DNA of 63,891 nt, the filler included, from Octopus bimaculoides (Eukaryota), in the NCBI RefSeq assembly GCF_001194135.2. It is 4 parts of 3 records of this genome, joined end to end, with 100 filler letters (N's around TTAATTAATTAA, not from the genome) between each part and the next. Parts side by side here need not be neighbours in the genome. Positions count along the whole stretch, not along the records: positions 1 to 25,502 come from NC_068995.1; 3 more parts are not named here. One strand, 5' to 3'. Below the pieces are notes generated by a model. It did no database searches. It was not told where the DNA came from and saw only the letters and a program-made list of their open reading frames with translations. Below, one piece after another: positions 1-12,730 of the stretch; the first letter of the stretch is position 1, and each line of letters begins with the position of its first letter. The position numbers and the translations under genes were made by a program.

Positions 1-653
1 ATATATATATATATATATATGTGTGTATATATGCGTGTACGTGTGCGTATGTATTTATAAATATGTGTATATATCTCATATGAAAACGTGTGCATATGCA
101 TACTATGCAGATATGCAGGTCTTGTTATTCTTAGTTTCTGTTCTCTATTTTCTATGTCAATCGCTTCTCGAATTTTAAAACGTTCTCTCGCGGCACATTC
201 TGTAAAGGATTTTGCTAAATATAATCACCCCAGCATATCAGTGTACCTCTCTAGAAAGTTTGTCAACGGAAGACCTTTCTTCTGACAGTACTGTCTGTAT
301 GCCAATTTACCCAAACTTCCCTGAAATCACCTCCGCAATGTACTTGTAATATGTCAGTATTCATTAGATAATATAGTGTCATGTACACAGTATCTAAATA
401 AACGTTCAAATTATCTCCGTCGGAATCTATTCTTTCAAGTTCTGGTCAATGTGGAATAACAAGAGTCCAATAAATAATAACAATAATAACTAGAACAACA
501 ACAGCAACAACAAAAACAGTTGCTACTTATACAGTCTCAATACTATATTTCTTTGAATCTTACATAGGTTCTTCATGATTTTTGTAATCCTAGAATTGTG
601 CAGTTTGGTTTTCGTTTCATAGTTTTTAGTTGCAATACCGACATGATATATAA

Positions 654-876
654 CTCTTTAGCATTCAATTTACTCTGTCAAAAGCAATGCTTATTTATTG
701 ACATTGTTTTAAACTAATCATACATTACCTCGTTGCTTTCAGATTTTGATTATGTGATTGTTTACTTTTAGAATGACATTGTATGTTAGGTGTGAAAGAC
801 TTAATCTGTCCAGTTTAAACATAAAACAGGAAGACCATTGGTGTCTGATATGACCGGTTTGTACTCGAGAAGATTA
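654..876. mobile_element. Degenerate piggyBac-type MITE (same family as 27692-27910 and 38199-38575)
   Basis: Starts CTCTTTAGCATT and shares the internal segments AATGCTTATTTATT and TTTTAGAATGACATTGT...AACATAAAACAGG with the better copies; right end decayed. Confidence 0.6.
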
Positions 877-2393
877 AATATTTATCAGTTGAAAGATGTC
901 AGTATTTGAATTTGTGTTACTGGTATCAGTTTAAATTGAGTTTTCTCCTTCGTAACAAATTCTGTGATTATTTTGGATTTTGTATTTCGTATTGTTTTAT
1001 CTCACTGATAATTCTGCGAATTGGCGGAAGAATTCCGGAGTTGGAGAGATAAAATTCTCTGTGGTACATCTTTCAACTCTGCTACCCTCAGCTCAAATCG
1101 CGGGATGACAAAATTTACCTGTTACACTTTTGGTGTCGGTTGCAAAAATCCACTCCAGTGCGATGTAAATCGGAGTTCCTTTGGTACACTACAAGATGTC
1201 TTACATTGTATCTCAATTATTTTGTCGTAACTGATGTCAAACTCGCACCAAACTGTATCGGATTAGGTCGGTGAACTTTTCCATAGATAAATATCGGTGG
1301 CGTAGGTAGGAGATAATTTGTTTCTAAGCAAAACATCCAGTCATTCTCCGAAAATTTGTCCACGGATGCACATGCATGTAAATATGGTCGATCAGACTTA
1401 ATGATAGGAGACATAGTTTCTGTGGCATCTGCAGTAGCACTATCCATTTCAAAGTGAATTATCCAACATATAAGGATCTGACCAAAATAAAACCTATCTA
1501 CTGCTTTTATACTTCACTTAATTCTATCTGGATGATGTCGTATATTTCTGACTTACAAGTATTTCGCTGCAATAATTTGGAATGACTTGTGACAGCTATG
1601 ACTTCTCGTTTTAACCTGTTATCCAATAAGCAGTTGAACGGCTGGAGAAACAAGTCATCGTTACATGCAGTGGAATCGACCGATGCGTAAAAACAACATA
1701 TAAAATCTAGGAACTTGATGAAAATAGAGAATTCTCTAGTGATCGCATTGTTTTGGTGTGTAACTTTCAATATTTATTCTTCCCACGCAATCTCCAGTAT
1801 ATGCTTAAATGCTAAAAACCGAAAAGCATTTAAGATTGGACATGAGTTTCGCTATTTCGTTCAGATCAGTTTAGGTGCTCTTGACTGTATAAATCTATTT
1901 AAATCTAATTTTAAAGCCGTTTAGCATTGCTGGAAAATATCCAGTATTTAATCAGGTGTTGTGTGGATATAGAAGGATATATCATCCATTAAGTACTCAG
2001 AAACTGAAATTTCATTCAACATCCAATTCCCTCTTAGTGAGAATAAGTTGAGAAGTTGTGACACATGACAGGTTATGCCTTTTACTTCTATGCTCCACTG
2101 GATTCATTCTTACATCACTTCAAGATACAGTCTTACCAAACATGTCGGTGATCTTTCACCTGCAAAACTGTACACATCCGTCTCTGAAGACTCTATTTAT
2201 TCAAGTCTTTAAACAAGTAACATAAAGAAGGGAAGTTTGAATTGATTATAAGCTACATTGATATAGCAACAAAGAAGCTCAATGAAAACATGGACGAAAC
2301 TCATTAAATATGTATATATGTGTGTAGGATTGTGTGTATTTTCGCGCATGTTGGATGCATATATGCACATCTATACGCATGTATGTATGTATG

Positions 2394-2424
<31 letters not shown>

Positions 2425-3773
2425 TCACGGATAACTTGAATGCGTTTTTAGAGCTTCTGTAGAGATAATAATTTTGAGGTTTGGCATATCTTATGTTGCG
2501 TTTGCATGATTCCTTTTGTATTTCTTTCACATTTCTAATAAACTCGTATTTCTGTCAGATATCGTTTTCCTCAAAACGACATTTAAAACAATACTAAGGA
2601 TTGTAATTCGTGTATCAACACGCTAAATGTCTCTCAGAGCATTCATTGAAATGTAAATTGATAACAATTTTTAACTTCAAACTAATACAAGAATATCCCT
2701 GGGAAGTAACAATTATTACAATCTATCCTAGTAATTTATAATTATTAATGATAATGATGATGCTTATGATGAGTTGGCGGAGGTGGACAAGAAGAAGACG
2801 GGTAAATTAATCCTCAAATGTTACATTGAAAATGGTGGAAAGTAACTGTTTAACACTCAATAACGTAATACTCAAAACGTGTGCTTATCTTCAATAATTT
2901 CTAGCTGTCCGTATGCTCATTGAAAGACACAAGCATAACCATTGTGCTTATTATTATTACTATTATTATTAATCTCCAAAATTATTACTATGAATATTAT
3001 TATTAATACCATATTCATTATTATTGTTATTAATATCAATGTCATTGCCTTTCAAATATAGTTGGAGACGTTACAATTATCAATAGTGATTTCAAACTTA
3101 TACTAATCGTTTCTATTCGGTCGGCCATTTAAAATGGCGCATATTGAAATGGCAGGGAGGCGAAGTGCATGCAGAATTTTTTATGAATATTTTGATAAAA
3201 CTGTCTGAATCTGATTGTTGTTCTGGCTTGAATCTTTCCCCTCTTACTGTTTTTCATATTATTCCCTATAAGCTTAAAACATGATTCTTTTACTAGAAGA
3301 ATATTCGGGAAAATATTTTTCCTGGTTTCTTTTATATTTTCTAGTATCTCATGACATATTGAATAGAAGTGTTTGTCAACGGTGTAAACAAGACTGGAAT
3401 TAGTTATAAAACCGTATAAATAGTGAATGAATTGGCGATGATGTGAGCTATATTTCATTTTATTATATCTACTATCTTTTTTTATGAAAAGCAATATTGA
3501 ACCTGCAGACAAATTTCGAAAAGAAACAACAACAATAATAATAATAATAATAATATATATATAAAAAAAAAACAGGACAGGTCCGAAAATATGAAATGAA
3601 CTACAAGCAAAATGAGAAAATGCCCAAAGAAATGTTGGACAAATACATAATGTAATACATTTAGGAAAAATAAATGAATAGAGTTGTAGTTGTTTACGTT
3701 CCCCAATCTAATTGCAATACACAACATATATCCATACATAGATACATGCACATACATATGCGTGTCTGGGCTT

Positions 3774-3877
<104 letters not shown>

Positions 3878-4109
3878 GTATGGTAGTGGAATTCTTGTAT
3901 ATACAGATAAGAAATCGTTTAACTAAAAACGAAATAAGACACAAAAGTGATACAAAGCGTATAACTATCGACGAGCATCACAATCAGCAAACACAATTAG
4001 AAGCCATGTTGTGTCAGATCGCCCAACAAGAAGTGGTGGATGAAAGCACGTAATAGTACTACAACTAATAATAATAATGATAATAATAATAATAATAATG
4101 ATAATAATG

Positions 4110-4657
4110 ACAAAGGCACTCAGAGAGCGCAAACCTCCGCCATAGCAACACCAACGTCCTCTGAACGATTAGCCAGAGATGATTTTTAAAATGAGAATAT
4201 CTGAAATGAACTCGACTGCTCTCACAAAAGAGAATCCTAAAAATGAACCTAACTGCTCTCAGAAATTAAGTAAAAGCAAAGCAAGAAAAATTATCCAGAA
4301 TCCTTGTCCGGTACTGGATCGATCTTAAAATCTAATCGTTTGGTACCAGTCACAAGAACGAACTTCTCTGAAAATTTCATTTGCATTATTTTCTCTAAGT
4401 CATGGCTATTACTCACACTACTTCTCCTTCACTATGTTAATAATTCATCTTCTCTCCCTTCACCTTTCACTCATTATATATATATTTGGATTATTTTTTC
4501 CATTTGAGAGTGGTCGGGTTCACTTTTAGCATTCTCATCTGTCAGAGCAGTCCAGTTTATTTCAGATATTCTCATTTTAAAAATCATTTTCCGGCTTATC
4601 GTTGAGAGAACGTTGGTGTTGTCTTGGCGGAGGTTTGCGCTCTCTGAGTGCTCTTGT
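4110..4657. mobile_element. MITE-like element with about 155-bp imperfect terminal inverted repeats
   Basis: GCACTCAGAGAGCGCAAACCTCCGCCA at the left end and its reverse complement at the right end; arms stay similar to about 4265 and 4500; flanked by (TAA)n and (TTA)n tracts. Confidence 0.85.
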
Positions 4658-4689
4658 TGTTGTTTATATTATTATTATTAGTATCATCA

Positions 4690-4720
<31 letters not shown>

Positions 4721-4985
4721 CAGTAGTAGTAGAAGAAGAAGAAGAAAAACAATTTAATCTCTTGTTTCTTTCTGCTTTATAACACGCGTAAAATGTGACA
4801 TTTTACCTTCAGGATATACAGTCTAAGATTTGATTTTAAATCGACTTAATACGATTGTCTCCGAAAGGAACGGTGAGAGAATTATACGCGCACACACGCA
4901 TACGTACATGTCTGTACAACAAAAAATTCTCTTCATATATATATATGCGTGTTTGTGTATTTATATGCGTGTATATACATATGAG

Positions 4986-5069
<84 letters not shown>

Positions 5070-6192
5070 TTGTCAGATTAATTTAGAGGAAAATATTGAT
5101 AACTATATACATATTTGGGAAAACGACTGCGAGAAAATGCTAAGAAAAGAAATGTTTTATGTAGGCACAATACCACAATAGACAACATTACTAACACAAG
5201 TAGTAATGTGATAGTCTGTGCTATCGACCCCGAAGAGATAAAGTTGAAGTGAGCGGATTTTGAACTCAGCATATATCGAGGCGTAAATATCCACCTTTAG
5301 GTCTAAATAGCAACAAAAACATTTCAGTTTTTCCTGTTTTCTATTAATTCTTTCATTGTTCATTTAGAATTTTGTATTCGTATGCAAGTCTAAAGTTTGT
5401 CTATGTAAGTATGATCCAATCATTAAGTAGATTCTTGCTTGAGGTCTTCCTCTGAGGCAAACATACTATTACATGACATATCGAAATTTAAGACTGTATA
5501 CGTACATACATATGTGTATACACATGCACACTGACGCACACACATGGGCACAAACAAACAAACAAAAACGGATAGAGTTAGCGCCTTTCGAATAGGTCGC
5601 AAGAAGCAACGAAGATAAATAAGTAAATGGGTGGAAATCGAACAGGTGAGTTTGTTAAATAAGGTACTAAAGAGAATGATTCCTATATATATATATATAT
5701 ATNNNNNNNNNNNNNNNNNNNNNNNNNNNNNNNNNNNNNNNNNNNNNNNNNNNNNNNNNNNNNNNNNNNNNNNNNNNNNNNNNNNNNNNNNNNNNNNNNN
5801 NNNNNNNNNNNNNNNNNNNNNNNNNNNNNNNNNNNNNNNNNNNNNNNNNNNNNNNNNNNNNNNNNNNNNNNNNNNNNNNNNNNNNNNNNNNNNNNNNNNN
5901 NNNNNNNNNNNNNNNNNNNNNNNTATATATATAATGTATCCAAGACCTCGAAGCAGTGAGGATAGACCGAGAAATACAGCGAAGAGACTTTAATGTTGTG
6001 GCCTGCGTTGGAATCCGTTCGTAATAATAAATAGTTCTTTGACGTAAAATGCTTTCGGCCTATGGGATGTCGTGATTTTCAGTTGTAGCGTATGTAAAAA
6101 TTCATTATGTAATAGAATCTGCTCTATCAGTATGTTGTACTTTGTTTAAATCGGCTGTTATTTCTAGCGAATGACAAGCAACCACCTAGCAA

Positions 6193-6352
6193 GATATGCC
6201 AATCTACACAGAATATACTTGGCTTGATATATACATATTTTTGATGAAACATCTTCAATAAACAAAGTTGCTTTCTAATCGATATTTCAGTCTCAACAAC
6301 CGATAATCTATCAATCAAAGAAGCGGACGAATTCTCCAGATATGAAGATCTG
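6193..6352 (+). mobile_element. R4/Dong-type non-LTR retrotransposon remnant, restriction-like endonuclease region
   Basis: Reads DMPIYTE...CFLIDISVSTTDNLSIKEADEFSRYEDL, matching WDMPIHTD...LIDVS...DNISLKELEKLSKYKDL at 44330-44490. Confidence 0.65.
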
Positions 6353-6551
6353 GATAAAGAGAAGACACACTAAGAAAACATCAGACAAAAACAGAAAAAA
6401 CAAAGACAGCAGAAAAGGAAAATTCCACCATAACAGTGCAAAAGCTGTGTAGTGTAACAGATTCAATTCCACAGTTACCAAATACAGGAACCACCGAAGG
6501 ACTACAAACCTTGAGAGCGACAGGAGAGGCTATAAATAGGTGATGGGGAAG

Positions 6552-6912
6552 CAGTAGTAATAGTAGTAGTAGTAGTAGTAGTAATAGTAGTAGTAGTAGT
6601 AGTAGTAAGACTAACGATCATTGTAGTAGTAGTGGTTATGGTAATAATATATGTAGTAATAGCAGCAGTAGTGAAGGTGATAGTAGCAGTTGTAGGTGTA
6701 ACGGTAGTAGTAGTAGCAGCAGTAGTAGTAGTGAAGGTAGTAGTAGTAGTACTACTACTACTACTAGTGGCAGCATTAGCCGCAGTAGCAGTAATAGCAG
6801 TAGTAGTAGTAATAGCAGCGATAATACTAGTAGTAATGGTAGTAGTAGTAGTAAGACTAATGATCATTGTAGTAGTAGTGGTGGTAGCAATGGTAGTCGT
6901 AGATGTAGTAGT
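6552..6912. repeat. Compound (TAG/CAG)n trinucleotide microsatellite running into a gap
   Basis: Direct reading; explains the poly-V and poly-T ORFs in the track. Confidence 0.95.
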
Positions 6913-7310
6913 NNNNNNNNNNNNNNNNNNNNNNNNNNNNNNNNNNNNNNNNNNNNNNNNNNNNNNNNNNNNNNNNNNNNNNNNNNNNNNNNNNNNNNNN
7001 NNNNNNNNNNNNNNNNNNNNNNNNNNNNNNNNNNNNNNNNNNNNNNNNNNNNNNNNNNNNNNNNNNNNNNNNNNNNNNNNNNNNNNNNNNNNNNNNNNNN
7101 NNNNNNNNNNNNNNNNNNNNNNNNNNNNNNNNNNNNNNNNNNNNNNNNNNNNNNNNNNNNNNNNNNNNNNNNNNNNNNNNNNNNNNNNNNNNNNNNNNNN
7201 NNNNNNNNNNNNNNNNNNNNNNNNNNNNNNNNNNNNNNNNNNNNNNNNNNNNNNNNNNNNNNNNNNNNNNNNNATATATATATATATATATACATATATA
7301 CACCTGTCTA

Positions 7311-7722
7311 CAGGGTGCACTGGGTAAATTGTCTTCATTTGATATTAATTCTTTCGCGCATGCGCATTGTTTGTTTTTGATTTTGTTGACTACACACTAT
7401 AGTAGAGATGGTTGGGCACCGTCTGTGAGAAAAAAACATCACCATAATGCAATCCACTCTGCCAGTAATTTGGAAACGATATGCTGCACTGCTTTGCATT
7501 CGCACCGGAAGCCCCAATACCATAATTTAAGAGTATCTGGGTGTTAATATGAGGACATGTACGGAGAGTGATAAAAATGAAACATCCAGTCAATATGATG
7601 GTGTTTGATCACTTGTGATAGCGACATTATGCCTCCACACAGCTTCAGACTCAACACGGAGGCCTCCATCAAGTGCCTGCAAGAGATAGTGCTACCCTGG
7701 GTCGAGATGGCGGCTGCGAAAA
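7311..7722 (+). mobile_element. Tc1/mariner-superfamily element, 5' end plus internally deleted transposase fragment
   Basis: TA followed by CAGGGTG terminus; MKHPVNMMVF / ITCDSDIMPP...RLNTEASIKCLQEIVLPWV resembles the KHP..VMVW...Y...L...VLPW region of Tc1/mariner catalytic domains. Confidence 0.7.
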
Positions 7723-7798
7723 CACCTAAAGCTCCACGAGTCTCCGTCAGGGGGTGGTGGCGAGTCCTGTTGTACCCAACTTTCTCTCACTCTTTCGT
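7723..7798 (+). mobile_element. Fragment of SINE family C (see 52293-52601)
   Basis: AAAACACCTAAAGCTCCACGAG...GGTGGCGA...CCCAACTTTCTCTCACTCTTTC matches 52381-52456. Confidence 0.75.
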
Positions 7799-9387
7799 NN
7801 NNNNNNNNNNNNNNNNNNNNNNNNNNNNNNNNNNNNNNNNNNNNNNNNNNNNNNNNNNNNNNNNNNNNNNNNNNNNNNNNNNNNNNNNNNNNNNNNNNNN
7901 NNNNNNNNNNNNNNNNNNNNNNNNNNNNNNNNNNNNNNNNNNNNNNNNNNNNNNNNNNNNNNNNNNNNNNNNNNNNNNNNNNNNNNNNNNNNNNNNNNNN
8001 NNNNNNNNNNNNNNNNNNNNNNNNNNNNNNNNNNNNNNNNNNNNNNNNNNNNNNNNNNNNNNNNNNNNNNNNNNNNNNNNNNNNNNNNNNNNNNNNNNNN
8101 NNNNNNNNNNNNNNNNNNNNNNNNNNNNNNNNNNNNNNNNNNNNNNNNNNNNNNNNNNNNNNNNNNNNNNNNNNNNNNNNNNNNNNNNNNNNNNNNNNNN
8201 NNNNNNNNNNNNNNNNNNNNNNNNNNNNNNNNNNNNNNNNNNNNNNNNNNNNNNNNNNNNNNNNNNNNNNNNNNNNNNNNNNNNNNNNNNNNNNNNNNNN
8301 NNNNNNNNNNNNNNNNNNNNNNNNNNNNNNNNNNNNNNNNNNNNNNNNNNNNNNNNNNNNNNNNNNNNNNNNNNNNNNNNNNNNNNNNNNNNNNNNNNNN
8401 NNNNNNNNNNNNNNNNNNNNNNNNNNNNNNNNNNNNNNNNNNNNNNNNNNNNNNNNNNNNNNNNNNNNNNNNNNNNNNNNNNNNNNNNNNNNNNNNNNNN
8501 NNNNNNNNNNNNNNNNNNNNNNNNNNNNNNNNNNNNNNNNNNNNNNNNNNNNNNNNNNNNNNNNNNNNNNNNNNNNNNNNNNNNNNNNNNNNNNNNNNNN
8601 NNNNNNNNNNNNNNNNNNNNNNNNNNNNNNNNNNNNNNNNNNNNNNNNNNNNNNNNNNNNNNNNNNNNNNNNNNNNNNNNNNNNNNNNNNNNNNNNTATA
8701 TATATATATATATATATAAAATTTGTATATGTGTACACATATCTATTCTTACTCATATATATATACACATATAGATACTGTAATATATACACGCAGACAC
8801 ACACACAATATAAACATATATTCACGTTCACAGTCGCATACACAGGTAACTACGTACATAAGGAAATTTGCACTCGGTGTAAACTCGCAACAGAAGCATT
8901 CATTTCATAGATGTATCCATCTGATTTTTGTAAACGCAAATTACTTAAAGATATGAGCATGAAATCATTATAAGGTTAATGTTGCAAAGGAATATAGTAT
9001 AATAAATTAGACTACACATACAAAAATTCTTATCATCCGAACAGTTAACGAATCTAGAAGTAAGAAACTACGGTAAACTGAACGTTAAAAATGACGAAAT
9101 ATTCCTGTCAAATGAGAACGCTGTTTGCAATAATAAAACAAAATAAAGCGCTTATGTAAATCTGCAGTTAACGAAGAATAGCGCAATAATGCAAGTGTAT
9201 TAGAGTTTGGCAGCATAACATTAATAAAATATATGCAAACATTTGCATACTAAAGATATAAGGTTGCTCTCTGAAGTTTCTCGATAGTATTTATGTCTTG
9301 ATGTTTCGTCTAACATTATGAAAAGAAATACATGACAACGTGGTAGTTTGATCAGATAGTAAAGTACTTTACTCTTTTAGGAAAGTA

Positions 9388-9480
9388 CGCCAGGCGTTAC
9401 TGTGTGGTTAGTAGAAGAGGTTGCTTCCGAACCACATGGTTCCGGGTTTAGTTCCACTACATAGCACATTGCAATCTAAG
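9388..9480 (+). mobile_element. 5' fragment of OR-like tRNA/CORE SINE (family B)
   Basis: TGTGTGGTTAG...TTGCTTCCGAACCACATGGTTCCGGGTTTAGTTCCACT matches the head of the copy at 28491-28875. Confidence 0.65.
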
Positions 9481-9922
9481 CAGCGTGATGCATATCAATG
9501 AATACAAGTGCGTGTGTATGTATATGCACATATATGCACACACACACACACACACACACAGGCATATATATATATATATATATATNNNNNNNNNNNNNNN
9601 NNNNNNNNNNNNNNNNNNNNNNNNNNNNNNNNNNNNNNNNNNNNNNNNNNNNNNNNNNNNNNNNNNNNNNNNNNNNNNNNNNNNNNNNNNNNNNNNNNNN
9701 NNNNNNNNNNNNNNNNNNNNNNNNNNNNNNNNNNNNNNNNNNNNNNNNNNNNNNNNNNNNNNNNNNNNNNNNNNNNNNNNNNNNNNNNNNNNNNNNNNNN
9801 NNNNNNNNNNNNNNNNNNNNNNNNNNNNNNNNNNNNNNNNNNNNNNNNNNNNNNNNNNNNNNNNNNNTATATATATAAAGATACGTTGGTAGATACATAG
9901 ATGCACACACACATACACACAT

Positions 9923-9957
<35 letters not shown>

Positions 9958-10244
9958 CATACATACATACCTACACACCTAGGCACACATCTCCATGAGT
10001 AATGATACACATAAATGCATAGAGAAGTATATATACATATGCATATAGATATATAAAGTCTTGTATAAACTGTGTCCAGTCCTTTGCTTCTCTATTTGTA
10101 TATCTATAGCTCTATTCAATCATTGCATTTCGGTATAAAAATCATTAACCTCAATGGCAATGTCTATTCATATTAATGAAGAAATGAACACGAAATAAAT
10201 GACAATAAACAACAGAAATAATAATGATAAAGGCAGCACAAATA

Positions 10245-10261
10245 ATGCCGATGATGATGAA

Positions 10262-10295
<34 letters not shown>

Positions 10296-10549
10296 ATGAT
10301 GGCGTCGATGATGATGATAATGATGATGGAGATGATGGCGTCGATGATGATGACCGCGACGACGGTGATGATGATCTTAGTAATAATAATAATAATACTA
10401 ATAATGGTAACAATGATGCTTATGTTTATATCTGTACTCTTATACAATTACAACTACTTATGGCAAACACAACAATAACAATGATAATAATGATGATGAA
10501 AATAATAATAAAAACAACAGTAACAGCAGTAACAACAATAACAATAATG

Positions 10550-10610
<61 letters not shown>
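10245..10610. repeat. (GAT)n and (AAT)n trinucleotide tracts
   Basis: Direct reading; source of poly-D, poly-M and poly-I ORFs. Confidence 0.95.
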
Positions 10611-11976
10611 GACGAAGAGAAGAAGAAGAAGGGGGTGAATAGAAAAAGAATCTAGAAAAAGTAAAACAACCACAACATCATCAATACATGAAGAACATGA
10701 AGTCAAAACAAAACCAAAGGTTATATATCATATTTTCTTTTACTTGTGTTTCTTTTGACATTCACAACTATTTTTTGTGTTATTTTTGTGTGGTAGGGTG
10801 AGAGAATTATTGTATTTATTATATTTATGTTAAATTTTATTTTTATTAAATTTTATATTTCTTCTAGGAGACAAATGAAAATCTTTGCTAGAAATTAATT
10901 CCCGGTTTGTGTTCAACCTCACACAACGAACCAGGTGCTACACATATTTAAATTTAAACATAAGTAGTTTTGATAGCCAGTTAGATATATGAACCTAAAA
11001 GGGGAAGTAACGTGCTGTGCTGAAGTGGTGCGGTGATATTGGGTGGCAAGATGCTAAAGTGCTGCTATTGTCATTCACGTCGTTGTTGACGGTTGTGGCA
11101 GTGGTCGGGTTATTGCTGTACTTGTGGTTGTTGTTGGTCGTGGTGGTGGTGGTGGTGGATGTGGTGGTAATGGTGGGAGATAGTGGTGGTGATTGCGAGA
11201 AACGAATAGTTGGAAGTTTGAAAATTCCGGATGTGAAATTGATTATAATCAATAGAATATTTTCATTCAATGTTTCTCTATTCAATATATTATATATATT
11301 GTTGAACAGAACAGAACTGATTCAAGATTCCTTTGATAGACTTAGCAAGAAAGAGATTAATACGATGATGAATAACTTTTGAATAACACTTGAAATTAGC
11401 CGATAATCCTTGGAGTATCTATAAACAATACCAAAAAGAAATTAAATAAACGAAAACAAAGATACAAATATATACACACATACATATACATAGAGATACA
11501 GAGATACATATATACAGTCACACAAATATATATATACATAAATACATACATATAGGTATATAAATAAATATATATATATATGTGTGTATATGTGTATATC
11601 TGCGCGTGTAAGTGTGTGTGTATAAGAAATATAAGAAAAATGAACCACAACAATATAATCAATACATTCTCTTAGACAGTGCTACAGACAGACACAGACG
11701 CACATGTATGTATACATCCACATTCAGAATTCGCTTGCACACACATATGCACAGAAGCAATTTGTTATCACGTATACATATAACTGTTAGCGTCTCGCAC
11801 ATTGCACAGACTCATATAGTGATATAACGATATTCGTTCGTCGTTCATTCAAATATCTTTATTATTTCTCTCTCTCACCACGTAAACTTGTAGGTGTTTG
11901 TGAGTATAAGTGTGTGTGCGTGTTTGTGTGTCTGTTTGAATGTATATCTATATATATATATATAAATATATATATA

Positions 11977-12007
<31 letters not shown>

Positions 12008-12336
12008 GTGTTTATTTAATGTATGTGTATGTGTTTGTGTGTGTTTATGTTTGTTAGTGTATGAGTACGGAAATATGCATATACATTGATCAATAAATAA
12101 ATATATAAACAGGTAGATCGATGGATAGCGCAAGGTAGATAAACAGAGAGAAGGGCACACAGGCAAATAGACAAACAGACAAGTATACAACTAGCTTGAT
12201 GGATGGATGGAGGTATAGATAAAGATATAGTCAGGTAGATATATAGATACATAAATAGATAAAGATATAGGGAGGTATATTATGATTGACCGTTGACTGA
12301 ACACTATTCAATTTTTTTTCTCCGTGTCTCCGTATT

Positions 12337-12371
12337 CTTTCTGTTGAAGAGCGTAGCTCGAAACGTCAAAG
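12337..12371 (+). ncRNA. Minimal type I hammerhead-ribozyme-like motif with variant core, within a Penelope-like repeat
   Basis: CTTT-CTGTTGA-A-GAGC(GTA)GCTC-GAAAC-GTC-AAAG: stem I CTTT/AAAG, stem II GAGC/GCTC, palindromic ACGT in place of stem III, GTC triplet; core has U at position 6. Confidence 0.55.
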
Positions 12372-12462
12372 ACTTTCCGTATTCCCGAGCATCATACTAA
12401 TATATATTTTTGTTATTTACACCACCTGTCCTCGTCTGTTGTTATTATTTGTATATTCTCCC

Positions 12463-12504
<42 letters not shown>

Positions 12505-12535
<31 letters not shown>

Positions 12536-12670
12536 CAGACAGATAGACAGACAGACAAATAGATAGAGACAGACAGATAGATAGCTAGACAGACAGACAA
12601 ATATATAGAGACAGACAGATAGATAGCTAGACAGACAGATAAATAGACACATTGATTGATAGATATGTAA

Positions 12671-12725
<55 letters not shown>

Positions 12726-12730
12726 TATAG
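12505..12730. repeat. (GATA/GACA)n tetranucleotide microsatellite
   Basis: Direct reading. Confidence 0.95.

Noticed and set aside
3129-3512. 127-aa minus-strand ORF
   Set aside because: No recognisable motif or splice context; AT-rich sequence allows such ORFs by chance. Not excluded, but unsupported.
5631-9978. Long ORFs of 120-389 aa spanning N runs, here and at 20859, 30665, 34418, 39228, 48529, 49688, 54793 and 61136
   Set aside because: They are open only because N codons cannot be stops; the flanks are microsatellites.
10151-10706. Poly-D, poly-M, poly-I and poly-L ORFs
   Set aside because: Translations of trinucleotide microsatellites with no splice or domain support.
10995-11382. 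Overlapping ORFs on both strands with T/N/V runs
   Set aside because: Driven by (GGT/GTT)n low complexity; no convincing donor.
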